A stretch of 64,000 nt of DNA from the NCBI GenBank assembly GCA_965212015.1, contig OZ243037.1:928001-992000 (forward strand), in the 5' to 3' direction. Of the stretch, positions 20,027-28,917 are shown one piece after another. The stretch comes from Cenarchaeum sp. GTDB lineage: Archaea > Thermoproteota > Nitrososphaeria > Nitrososphaerales > Nitrosopumilaceae. The translations under genes and the position numbers were made by a program. Under the pieces are notes generated by a model that saw only the letters and a list, made by a program, of their open reading frames with translations, made no database searches and was not told where the DNA came from. Each line of letters starts with the position of its first letter. Within the stretch, counting starts at the first letter, position 1.

Positions 20027-20701
20027 CTACGGGATGCCGGCAGTCGTGTTTATGTGATCGTATACAGCACGCTTTTGCTCGTCTGTTTGCTCATTATAGC
20101 CTATCTCACCTACGTATGTTAGGTGTGGCTTGTAGTGAAATGATCTGACATCTATGGAGTTTTTTATTACATCTGGATAATTGCACGGCATGTAGGTGTT
20201 AAGTTCCGCAGGCGCATGAAAGAATTTGTAAGACATGATGCCGTCCCTATCAGGCGTAGTTCCCAAATACTGCAGAAACTCCACATACGAGGTAGTATTG
20301 GTGGGTTCAGTGCAAATTCTCCTGCTATATCCGTCGACATTATGGCACAATTCATCGCGGGCCTCCAGAGTCAGCGGATAGCATAAAACTGCAAATGTCT
20401 GATTTATCAGGATATTCTCGGAATGCGTAAACGTGGGTACTAGTCTTGACGGGCCAGTATGACCGTTCTGTGAGAAATATACCTGTATGCTACCGTCGTG
20501 CAGGGGAGCGATCCTCTCTATTGTGGCATAGTGTCTTTCATCGGTAATTGGCTCATAGTGTATGTCGACGATATCTGGTACGATAACGGAATCCCTCATC
20601 GGGATTACATAGGTCTGCCTTTCATGCTCGGATGTGACATACAATGACACAAGCGTGGCTATGAATAAACATGCGACAATCGCGGAGATCCGCCTCTTCA
20701 T
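20027..20701 (-). CDS. Hypothetical membrane-anchored/exported protein
   Basis: MKRRISAIVACLFIATLVSLYV N-terminal hydrophobic helix; island composition. Confidence 0.7.
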   Translation of the reverse strand: MKRRISAIVACLFIATLVSLYVTSEHERQTYVIPMRDSVIVPDIVDIHYEPITDERHYATIERIAPLHDGSIQVYFSQNGHTGPSRLVPTFTHSENILINQTFAVLCYPLTLEARDELCHNVDGYSRRICTEPTNTTSYVEFLQYLGTTPDRDGIMSYKFFHAPAELNTYMPCNYPDVIKNSIDVRSFHYKPHLTYVGEIGYNEQTDEQKRAVYDHINTTAGIP

Positions 20702-20832
20702 ATGTAAAAAGGTGGGTTTTAAGATATAAAAACTAGCTCTCATATGTCGCTGCTTTGGCATCAACTTCTAGAGAAAATGTTCCACAATTATGTTCACGGC
20801 CACCACATCTAATGTCAAGATTAATGCTCTCT

Positions 20833-20958
20833 ATTATGGATATACTGTCAGTTCCAAAGCGTGGACCAATATTACGCTCTCCATGCGTATATCCATGAAC
20901 ACTATATCGGGATTGAACTCGGAATATTTTGCAATTGCCTCCCTCGGTCTTGAGAAAA
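20833..20958 (-). pseudogene. Response-regulator receiver domain fragment
   Basis: Manual translation RPREAIAKYSEFNPDIVFMDIRM matches the CheY-like phospho-Asp segment; truncated and frameshifted. Confidence 0.6.
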
Positions 20959-21098
20959 TTAATGTTATCTGAAAGATCCACAAGCGACCCTAGCACCATA
21001 TCTTGTGTCTGGTTGTGAAACAGGACGTGGTTTAGCTCTACTAGGACCATGCTGGTAAGCACCCTGTTTTTTCCCGCCACGTTTACAATGTTTCCGGC

Positions 21099-21242
21099 AA
21101 GGCCAGCCTGCGATTCGAAATATACAATCACCAAAAAGCTTGTGATGATCAGGGTTATCTGAAATGCAACTAAAATCCCAACCTTGGGCTTGGCATCCGT
21201 GGCGTGGAAATCATTCCCAACAATAAAAATTTAGCACATGTG
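21099..21242 (+). repeat. 144-bp direct repeat C, copy 2
   Basis: Near-identical to 19711-19854. Confidence 0.95.
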
Positions 21243-21343
21243 CCAGTTACGGGGAAATTTGGTGCCTGACGGATGAAAAAGAAGCATACCCCAACCCGAT
21301 ATATCGCCTTATATAACCGTGCAGGTTTACTGAATGTAATAAT

Positions 21344-22252
21344 ATGAACAACGCAAAAATAACTTTAGCAATACCTCTTCTAGCATTGATTTTGTTTGTT
21401 CCTACGGGATTGACAAATTCTATAGCTCAAGAAGTACCAGACAAAATAGATGGCAATACAATAGCATATGCAATTGAAGACATAGAACATTCCTTTTCAG
21501 TAATGGAGCAACATGTCATTTATGATGAAAATAAAAACATCACATTTGATATACTCAATGCAATAAATGACCAACATGTAACACAATTAGATATTGATAT
21601 TGTGTTAGATTTTGCAATTCATAATAACGATATTATGAATGCTGTAGTAGGATCAACAGGGCAAGTAGATGAAACCCAAACACGAGACAATGAGCAATTA
21701 AAGCAAGCTATAGAGGAATTAGAAAATGGAAAATTCAGATCTCTCTTTGGATATGAAACAGGATCTACAAATGATATCACGCTTGTTGGTTATAATCCAA
21801 TACATACTCCGGTCATTTCTGCATTTGGAATTTCTGAATATGTTGATATATATCCAACTAGACACAGTAGTTCGAGTAGTTCATCATCGTTAGCTTGTGG
21901 TGGTAGCTATCGAAATCCACATCCTGTAGATTCTACCCCAACAACAATAAATGGATTTAGTTCATTGAGTGACGTTCAACGAGAACTATATAGAAATGGA
22001 TACCACATGGTTTCAGCATATGCCTCTTGGGGTGGTGACAGCACACAACATATTGACTTTGCAAAAGTTGTAACATCAGGCGCTCCTGACAATTGCAATA
22101 ACGGACCATTCCGTGATCAAGCAACTATCAATCGACACACACATAGTTCATACAGAATTACTGAGAATGAACCAAATCCAGAAGTTCTAAGTTATGTGTG
22201 GCCTAAATTATGGTGGGGTCCTTATGTGCAATGGTGGCATGACAACTTTTAA
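21344..22252 (+). CDS. Secreted precursor: signal peptide, acidic pro-region, poly-Ser linker, Trp-rich C-terminal domain (candidate antimicrobial toxin)
   Basis: Signal peptide ending SIA-Q; poly-Ser linker; C-terminus EPNPEVLSYVWPKLWWGPYVQWWHDNF; TTATATAA box at 21309. Confidence 0.8.
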   Translation: MNNAKITLAIPLLALILFVPTGLTNSIAQEVPDKIDGNTIAYAIEDIEHSFSVMEQHVIYDENKNITFDILNAINDQHVTQLDIDIVLDFAIHNNDIMNAVVGSTGQVDETQTRDNEQLKQAIEELENGKFRSLFGYETGSTNDITLVGYNPIHTPVISAFGISEYVDIYPTRHSSSSSSSSLACGGSYRNPHPVDSTPTTINGFSSLSDVQRELYRNGYHMVSAYASWGGDSTQHIDFAKVVTSGAPDNCNNGPFRDQATINRHTHSSYRITENEPNPEVLSYVWPKLWWGPYVQWWHDNF

Positions 22253-22457
22253 AACTTCTTTTTTTCTTTTTACTATAATAATTTCAGTTATAATATCAAT
22301 CATCATCATATTTAATTTTGAATTATTTTGGAATATTATGGTGCATGGCACGATTTCAGGCAATTGTGTTTGGCCTTCAGACTATGTTGCAGCAGGAGAC
22401 GATTTTTCGAATTTGATATGGGATGAAGACTTGGAATGTTATTTGGAGAAGGATTAA
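22239..22457 (+). CDS. Small single-TM protein overlapping the secreted gene's stop (candidate immunity protein)
   Basis: MTTFKTSFFLFTIIISVIISIIIIF...; 14-bp overlap; acidic tail with 2 Cys. Confidence 0.6.
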   Translation: MTTFKTSFFLFTIIISVIISIIIIFNFELFWNIMVHGTISGNCVWPSDYVAAGDDFSNLIWDEDLECYLEKD

Positions 22458-22471
22458 TTTATAATAACTCA

Positions 22472-22600
22472 GGTGGGGGCTCTGGCCAGAACAATACTCG
22501 CGGTTCCACGGCGTTTGGCCTGTCCTTGAGAAAGTCTCGGGTATTCACTGTCGTCTTGGCATACGATAGTTTTCCGCTAGGCTTGCAGGGACATCTGTCA
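22472..22600 (+). repeat. Diverged repeat B, copy 2
   Basis: Similar to 19453-19575. Confidence 0.75.
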
Positions 22601-22782
22601 TTCCTAGCCTATTGTGCTTAATATTCTATCCTGCATTATCAGGATGGTGATGGCCGCATGACGTCATACCGGCGCGGATTGGGACTGCTCTGGGACGGGC
22701 GAGAGGGATCACGTTATGAGGTAAGGGAGTTGTGACACGGAGCAATTATAGTTAATATTGCCCCATATTTCTTTGTTATATT

Positions 22783-23130
22783 ATGAACAAAAAAAGCATC
22801 TTGATATCATCATGTTTTACTGTTATGGTTGGACTCCTAATTGCTTATGCGGTTGCATTGGACAATAAACAACAAGAGTTATTCATACATAGTGATATAT
22901 CAGGATACACATGGCATTTAATGCGTATGGAATATTTTGAAAATGGAATGGATCCATTAGATTTTAAAAACCTAATAACAGAACATGAAGATCGATGGTG
23001 TGAGATTGTAAAGGGTACTTGGAACAAAGAGACACGGGAATGCCGAAATATAACAGATTATTATTGTTTGATAATTACAGGTACGATGCAAAGTAGGCCA
23101 GACGGTTCTACTGTTTGTATCATTGCATAG
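22783..23130 (+). CDS. Small exported/membrane-anchored Cys-containing hypothetical protein
   Basis: N-terminal hydrophobic helix; C...GTW..C motif; 4 Cys in C-terminal half. Confidence 0.7.
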   Translation: MNKKSILISSCFTVMVGLLIAYAVALDNKQQELFIHSDISGYTWHLMRMEYFENGMDPLDFKNLITEHEDRWCEIVKGTWNKETRECRNITDYYCLIITGTMQSRPDGSTVCIIA

Positions 23131-23132
23131 TT

Positions 23133-23551
23133 TGCATATGCCGCAGATCAGAGCCGCAGTTTTTGCAGCTGTGATCGTCAGCGGTGCGCTTTTCATCGAC
23201 GCAGTCCGGCTTTTTTCTGCTGTTTCTGCCGTGTTTTGTGTGGGATTTACCAGTAACAGTTTTTTTTGTACGCTGGATGCCGATGTTTTTTGCCGCAAGG
23301 GCGGATATCGTCTCTTTTTAGTGCGGCCATGTCGGCATTTTGGATGCGTTTGTCCGCCTCAATTATGGATATCCTTTGCCCGAGATCTCTGTTTTCCGTC
23401 TTGATCTGCTGGTTTTCCATCTGGACTGCTCATTTTCCGCATTGCACTCCAGATCTATGTCCTCAAGACGTGTATATTTGTCTTGTAGATCCTGATATTT
23501 CTCTTCAATTTGCGTACATCTGTCGCGATAATGCTAGAGATTATCAGGCAT
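23133..23551 (-). pseudogene. IS66-family transposase (TnpC) N-terminal remnant
   Basis: Across a stop and frameshifts: coiled coil, then KHGRNSRKKPDCVDEKRTADDHSCKNCGSDL (basic stretch + CxxCG Zn finger); possible TIR ending at 23637. Confidence 0.6.
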
Positions 23552-23688
23552 GGTTGCTGTCCGTCGATCTGATCAGAAAAGGTATTGGTTAAAAATAACA
23601 GACTAGAAGATCTAACTTCAAAAACCTAGATGGATACGCTTCATTATGTATGGTTGATAGTGCGGGGTTTATTTGATTTACTCTTGTG

Positions 23689-23928
23689 TTATTTTATGAT
23701 CCCAGAATCATAATCTTCAATAAACTCCTCTCTACTGATTGTGATATTACTTAATATTTTTAATAACAAACCAATGCCTAATTTGTGATTTTTTGCAGGA
23801 ATTGTCGTAAATAATTCATTATTTCTTAATGTGACGTGACTGCCTTTTCTATGTGTTACGACGTATCCATTTTTGATGAGATATTTTATCATCTCATTGC
23901 CCGAAACTTTGGGGATTTTACTTGGCAT
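23689..23928 (-). CDS. hicA: HicA family toxin
   Basis: GY.VTHRKGSHVTL, TTIP, GLLLKIL. Confidence 0.9.
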   Translation of the reverse strand: MPSKIPKVSGNEMIKYLIKNGYVVTHRKGSHVTLRNNELFTTIPAKNHKLGIGLLLKILSNITISREEFIEDYDSGIIK

Positions 23929-24139
23929 GTTTGCTGACTATTAACATGTTAAAATCATCCGTGTTGCCGCTTTCTTCTACAGCGCATTCTACAGCTTCTT
24001 TGATATTTTCCATGATTTCACCATATGTTTTCCCCTGCGAATTTGCATGTAATTCATCACATTGTCCAATGAAAAGATTATCTGTTTCGTCCTTTGTTAT
24101 GACAATCGTATATGCCTTCTTTTGTATCATCGAACTCAT
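23918..24139 (-). CDS. hicB: HicB family antitoxin (short, partial RNase H fold only)
   Basis: YTIVITKDE, NSQGKTYGEIMENIKEAVE; overlaps hicA. Confidence 0.9.
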   Translation of the reverse strand: MSSMIQKKAYTIVITKDETDNLFIGQCDELHANSQGKTYGEIMENIKEAVECAVEESGNTDDFNMLIVSKHAK

Positions 24140-24186
24140 AATATGTTGTAGGAGTAGAAAGTAATAAACTTATTGTTAGTGGGGCT

Positions 24187-24246
24187 GTAACCGGTTAGGT
24201 TCAAGAGGGATATTTGGATCTACAGGCACGGGACCTAACCGATCAC
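24187..24246. mobile_element. 60-bp MITE (IS66-type ends), copy 1
   Basis: TIRs GTAACCGGTTAGGTTC / GGACCTAACCGATCAC; perfect 8-bp TSD GTGGGGCT (24179-24186, 24247-24254). Confidence 0.9.
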
Positions 24247-24365
24247 GTGGGGCTGTATAGTTATCGTCGCCTAGACACGAAGGATTTTTCTTCCAATTTA
24301 TCGATTCAGCCGAATTTGCTTGATCGAAGATTGACAAAGGGTCACAAAATCACCCAATCGTCAGA

Positions 24366-24893
24366 TTATGCGGGATAATACTGTTTTATTATTCGGTTAA
24401 CATCGCCCGGATCATCGGAAACACCATATGCCCACGTTCCAGAGCGGCCATCTGCATTTACTGCTTTTACCCACTCTGCTAGACCCTCATGTTTTACATC
24501 GCTTTGTGAACTCTTTTGACCCTTGACTTCCAATACTAGCATGATGAATCTTTTTTCCTTATTTCCCAACCTTACCAGAAAGTCTGGATAGTATTCCATA
24601 ATGTGACCCTCATATTGGTAGGTAATGGCAAATCCAATTCGATCATTTTTTACCCATGATTCTACTCTATCATTTCTTTCAAACTCCACAGATGCTTCCT
24701 TTTCCCATTTATTATCATAAGGAGATGGACTTGTGTGGGATTTTTTTATATTATCAATAACACCCTTGGTGGTAGACCACGGATTAACCTCGTTAGTTGA
24801 TCTTTCTTTTTTACTGGATCCAAAGATAAGTTTCTTAGATTTTATATTTTCATTCTCGATGTTTTTGGTTATATGATTAATAACAGCCTGCAT
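24366..24893 (-). pseudogene. C-terminal PD-(D/E)xK nuclease domain of a type III restriction enzyme Res subunit; helicase portion absent
   Basis: DNKWE, SWVKNDRIGFAITY, YYPDFLVRL, LVLEVKG, WVKAVN..G..W. Confidence 0.7.
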
Positions 24894-25093
24894 ATTAGAT
24901 CGTATGCGTAATCACATCAATTAAAGACTTGTAATTCCACGGCTTTGTATAATTCCAAGTAAAGAACAATCATACCCGGTTTCTATTTTTTTAAAGTTAT
25001 GGATTCGGAGATCCGTGCCTACCATGCGTTAAGTTAACAGAACCCCGCTATCCTGTCCTCTGTTCTGCCGATCTTTTTGTACGTGCGGTTCCA

Positions 25094-25125
25094 GGCATGC
25101 AAAATCCGTGCCTAGGAATCCAAAA
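25094..25125 (+). repeat. 32-bp direct repeat D, copy 1
   Basis: GGCATGCAAAATCCGTGCCTAGGAATCCAAAA, identical at 25723-25754. Confidence 0.9.
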
Positions 25126-25205
25126 CAGGTCTCACAAAGACTCAGATCCTGTGGGTCCACCCTACGTCCCTTTAGCACCAGTATTCATGATATCAGTTAA
25201 AGTGA

Positions 25206-25487
25206 TCAGTCGCCGCCATAGGCGGATTTGTGATCACACACACGGAGAAACTCTATCGTATTGTTGCTCCAGTTGATGTTATAGATTATCCTGTACTTTC
25301 TTCCAAGATCATACGAGAATACCCTTTTGCACTGCTTGTATCTGCCAAGTTGTGCGGGGTTTTCCGAATTCCTCAGCTCCTGCACCGCACTGTTGACTCT
25401 GATCTTGATTTGGGGATCCAGATTTTTGTACTGTTTCTTGAACTGTGCCTTGGCTTCAAATCCCCATTTGCTTTTCATCCTAGTCAT
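25206..25487 (-). CDS. RelE/ParE-superfamily toxin
   Basis: FKKQYKNLD, YRIIY, FLRVCDHKSAY. Confidence 0.85.
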   Translation of the reverse strand: MTRMKSKWGFEAKAQFKKQYKNLDPQIKIRVNSAVQELRNSENPAQLGRYKQCKRVFSYDLGRKYRIIYNINWSNNTIEFLRVCDHKSAYGGD

Positions 25488-25611
25488 TTAACCATGTGAT
25501 GAATTCGTCTGATGTCTTGAATTTCTTTTTGCCGTCATCGTTTGCATAAAACTCGTCAATGTCTTTGATCTCTTCTGGTGTCAGGTCGTCTGCCTGGCGC
25601 GTATCGGACAT
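25480..25611 (-). CDS. 43-aa acidic antitoxin candidate for the RelE-like toxin (not in ORF track)
   Basis: MSDTRQADDLTPEEIKDIDEFYANDDGKKKFKTSDEFITWLND*; abuts/overlaps toxin start. Confidence 0.7.
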   Translation of the reverse strand: MSDTRQADDLTPEEIKDIDEFYANDDGKKKFKTSDEFITWLND

Positions 25612-25722
25612 GCTTTGTCTAGCATGCATCCACTAAAAAAAGACTGCGTTGGGCCGGAATCAGCCGATAATTCGTCATTTTCCCCAAATAACCGGCGTTT
25701 TGTGCGATCAGCCCGGACAAAC

Positions 25723-25754
25723 GGCATGCAAAATCCGTGCCTAGGAATCCAAAA
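25723..25754 (+). repeat. 32-bp direct repeat D, copy 2
   Basis: Identical to 25094-25125. Confidence 0.9.
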
Positions 25755-26007
25755 TAAACCCCATAAAGATTCAAACCCGCGTGAGCCCATTAGGAAATCA
25801 TGCGCAAAAGGCAAAATGATGCAAAAAAAGCCCCGGCAAAACCCTCTGCCTTTTTTGCAGGATCCCAGAGGGCAAAAACACACCGGAGGGCAATTTTGAC
25901 ACCCAAACGGATCTTTTACATCCAGAATTACGGGGTTTTTCACTTGCATTACCCGTAAAACCACCACAATGGGTTTTTTCTAAAACAGAATCTACTCTGG
26001 CGTCTCC

Positions 26008-26276
26008 TCTCCCACCTGACCGCCCCATGGCAGGAATGACATTCTGATCGGCAGAGATGATCGATGCCATATTTTATGGAATTGTAAAATATGATCATGT
26101 GTGATTTTTCAGCATGTATTGAGAATGAGGATTGTCAGATTTGGTAGGGCGAGAGTTTGAAAACCTCTATCGAGTCGCTCGATTCGCGGGTTCAAATCCC
26201 GTCCCTGATATGGTTATTAGAATACTGGGAATTAAAAAGGTATCTTGGCGAGTCAGGCGTGGTTCTAGGTCTGGTC
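26008..26276 (+). repeat. Direct repeat A, copy 2 (pseudo-tRNA at 26125-26210)
   Basis: Highly similar to 19143-19415. Confidence 0.92.
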
Positions 26277-26566
26277 GTGGATGATCCGGCAGATCAGACG
26301 CCGTAAGAATGTCAAACCTTTACGTGCATCCCGACATGTGGGACACGCATCCTGCTCAGGGCCTGCCAGACTTGTCCCATACGGACAGACTGCCAAAAAA
26401 ATGCCAGACCCTCGCGTCCGGAATGTGTAACATAGCAAGACATCAATAAGAAATCCCGCCAAGCTTGGAGTTTGACCAATTCTTTAATACAGGAAATTCC
26501 AACAACAAAAATAATGACCGACCCCAGCACGTCTTGCCGTCAAGTCACCAAATACGAGGAAAGATT

Positions 26567-28036
26567 ATGCTTTCCATAACACAGTCAAAAAGGACGCATT
26601 TTGGCCTTGTTGCAATCATACTGATACTGTCCGCATACGTACATTTGTGGAATCCCGCGGGTTTTCCGGATATCTTTTTTGATGAAGGAATCTATATGCG
26701 CAGGGCAGTCAATGTGCTAGAATCCGGCAATCCGCAGGAGGGGGTGTTTTATGATCACCCGTATTTCGGCCAGCTCGTGCTTGCGGGATTTCTAAAGCTT
26801 GCCGGCTTTCCGGATTCTGTCCAGGCATCGCTTGAGGCGTCGTACCTGGTTCCAAGGGTACTGATGGGCGTGTTTGCCGTGCTAGACACGCTTCTAATCT
26901 ACGGGATTACGCAGAAAAAATTCGGGAAAAAAATAGCAGTCCTTTCCGGCATCCTGTTTGCAGTAATGCCGATTACCTGGCTGTTTAGAAGGATTCTGCT
27001 AGACACCATACTGATGCCGCTGCTGCTGTCGTCGATACTCTTTGCGCTGCATTCAAGGGACTCCCAAAGGAGGGGGATGCTGGTCCTATTCTCCGGAATA
27101 TTTCTGGGGCTGGCCATATTTACAAAGATTACCGCAGTTACAATGGTGCCGCTAGTCGCATACTTGATATTTTTGAATCCCGGCAGAATTAGGCATCTTG
27201 TGAGGTGGTTTGCCCCCGTGCTTCTCATCCCGCTCGCTTGGCCCGGCGTAAGCGTGTACCTCGGACAGTTTGATCTGTGGCTGAATGACGTGTTATGGCA
27301 GGCGGGGCGGAATACCGGGGATTTCCTTGTAGTGCTGGGATACCTTTTCAACATAGACGCCGTGATCATGGGTCTCGGACTCGGATCGTTTGTTTTTGCG
27401 GCAATAAGAAGGAACGTATTCCTGATTCTGTGGTTTTCCCCGTTTTTGCTGTTTGTGGCAAATATCGGGTTTTTGCAGTACTTTCACTATATTCTGATCA
27501 TACCGGTGATTTGCATCAGCACGGCATTTATGCTGCACTGGATAACGGACCGCATAACAGGGCCGAAAATCCGCAGTTACACGTTTGCAATAACGTGCGT
27601 AGCGGTCGCAGTTTTTGGCACGAGTGTTTCAGGCGTCATGATAAATACGGATGCAAGCTCGTCGCAGTTTGAGACCCTGAGGTTTTTGCTGGCCAATTTT
27701 GACGACAGCGACACCACGATCCTTGCAGGGCCGGCATACTCTTGGATTCTTGACGACGTGTACGGCAAAAACAACGTGCCAACCGACTATTCCCTAATCC
27801 TGTTTGAGCCAGTCAACACCGAAAAAGTCATCCTGGTTGCGGATTCACATTATGTTTCGGATATTAATCGGGACGAAATATTTCAGCGGACATATGACAG
27901 ACTGAACAACACGTACGAGATATACGGGGAGACAAGCAGAAACACCGTCTTTCCGTTTGAAGGCACAAAGTTCACAGATGGCGGGATCATCGAGATAAAA
28001 AGAAACTGGGACGGGGAATGGAATACGGCGCCGTGA
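26567..28036 (+). CDS. GT-C membrane glycosyltransferase (family 39/ArnT-PMT-like)
   Basis: FFDEGIY, YDHPYFG, multiple TM helices, GLAIFTK. Confidence 0.85.
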   Translation: MLSITQSKRTHFGLVAIILILSAYVHLWNPAGFPDIFFDEGIYMRRAVNVLESGNPQEGVFYDHPYFGQLVLAGFLKLAGFPDSVQASLEASYLVPRVLMGVFAVLDTLLIYGITQKKFGKKIAVLSGILFAVMPITWLFRRILLDTILMPLLLSSILFALHSRDSQRRGMLVLFSGIFLGLAIFTKITAVTMVPLVAYLIFLNPGRIRHLVRWFAPVLLIPLAWPGVSVYLGQFDLWLNDVLWQAGRNTGDFLVVLGYLFNIDAVIMGLGLGSFVFAAIRRNVFLILWFSPFLLFVANIGFLQYFHYILIIPVICISTAFMLHWITDRITGPKIRSYTFAITCVAVAVFGTSVSGVMINTDASSSQFETLRFLLANFDDSDTTILAGPAYSWILDDVYGKNNVPTDYSLILFEPVNTEKVILVADSHYVSDINRDEIFQRTYDRLNNTYEIYGETSRNTVFPFEGTKFTDGGIIEIKRNWDGEWNTAP

Positions 28037-28290
28037 TGCCGGCGGTGATTCCGCATGGCCGGGAACGCAGGAAAGCACAAAATATTCACCGGGCACGGCA
28101 TCGATCCAAAATCAAGCTCCGGCTCGCGGATGGATTTGCATTGTCCCCCGGTCCGGCCATGCCGGTACTGTATGACTGTGATTTGAGATCGGCCAGACCG
28201 GATTGGGCCGTAATTTGATCGTCATCTGGCCTGCAACTTCACGGCACCTGCCATAGACACAGTTATCTATGCCCGTTTCCCACAAAACCC

Positions 28291-28476
28291 ATGACAAGCT
28301 ATGCAAGCCAGGTAGCTGCAATACACAAAAGATTCAACGCGCAGATCAAGAGGGCAAAATCACGCAGGGCGCTTCAGAGTGCATACACAAAGCACAAGGC
28401 AGACCACGGGCGGATTTTGAAGAGGCACCTGAAAGAAGAGATGGCCACAGTCAAGAGGCTCAAAAACAAAATCTAA
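28291..28476 (+). CDS. Small basic helical protein
   Basis: 61 aa, K/R/H-rich, good codon pattern, isolated ORF. Confidence 0.7.
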   Translation: MTSYASQVAAIHKRFNAQIKRAKSRRALQSAYTKHKADHGRILKRHLKEEMATVKRLKNKI

Positions 28477-28547
28477 CCCAATTAAGCCCCCGGCCAAATC
28501 CCCCTTTTATTTACAATACAGCATGCCGGTGCCGCATTCGGCGCGGG

Positions 28548-28886
28548 CTAGCCGGGTTTTTCCTGCTTTTTCCCAAGCCGGGACGAGACAATCTCCCTGA
28601 GCTCATCATCAGTCTTTGAATCGGGGCTTATTCCAAGCGACTTTGAGATTGTCTCGAGCTTTTGCCTCTCGTTTTGCACGGGGCCGTCGACCTCCACTGT
28701 CTGATCCGCAAGCCCCTTTACCTGGCTTTCGACGTCGTTTTTGGCCCTGTTGTACTCGCTTACCACCCTGCCGAGCTTTTTGGCCGCATCCGGAAGCCTG
28801 TTTGTGCCCAGAATGAGGACCAGCACCGCAAATACTATAATCACCCATTCGCCCCCCGCTATGTTCAGCGCATGCCCGAGCATCAT
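28548..28886 (-). CDS. tatA: Twin-arginine translocase TatA/E subunit
   Basis: GGEWVII TM, LGTNRLPDAAKKLG amphipathic helix. Confidence 0.88.
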   Translation of the reverse strand: MMLGHALNIAGGEWVIIVFAVLVLILGTNRLPDAAKKLGRVVSEYNRAKNDVESQVKGLADQTVEVDGPVQNERQKLETISKSLGISPDSKTDDELREIVSSRLGKKQEKPG

Positions 28887-28917
28887 CCAGTACGTGCACG
28901 CCCATCAATTAAAATCA

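Larger units (their letters stand above)
19140..26280. mobile_element. AT-rich accessory island downstream of tRNA-Val (no integrase seen)
   Basis: Sharp GC drop; terminal ~270-bp direct repeats; TA genes, IS remnants, orphan genes. Confidence 0.75.

Noticed and set aside
24187-24246. MITE read as an integron attC site (GTTAGGT / ACCTAAC cores)
   Set aside because: The cores are in the reverse order for attC, no integron integrase is present, and 8-bp target duplications indicate transposition
25094-25754. 32-bp identical repeats as a CRISPR array
   Set aside because: Only two copies, about 600 bp apart, enclosing genes; no cas genes
25581-26070. ORFs of 90-128 aa at the right end of the island
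   Set aside because: No motifs; they overlap repeats D and A and look like decayed non-coding DNA
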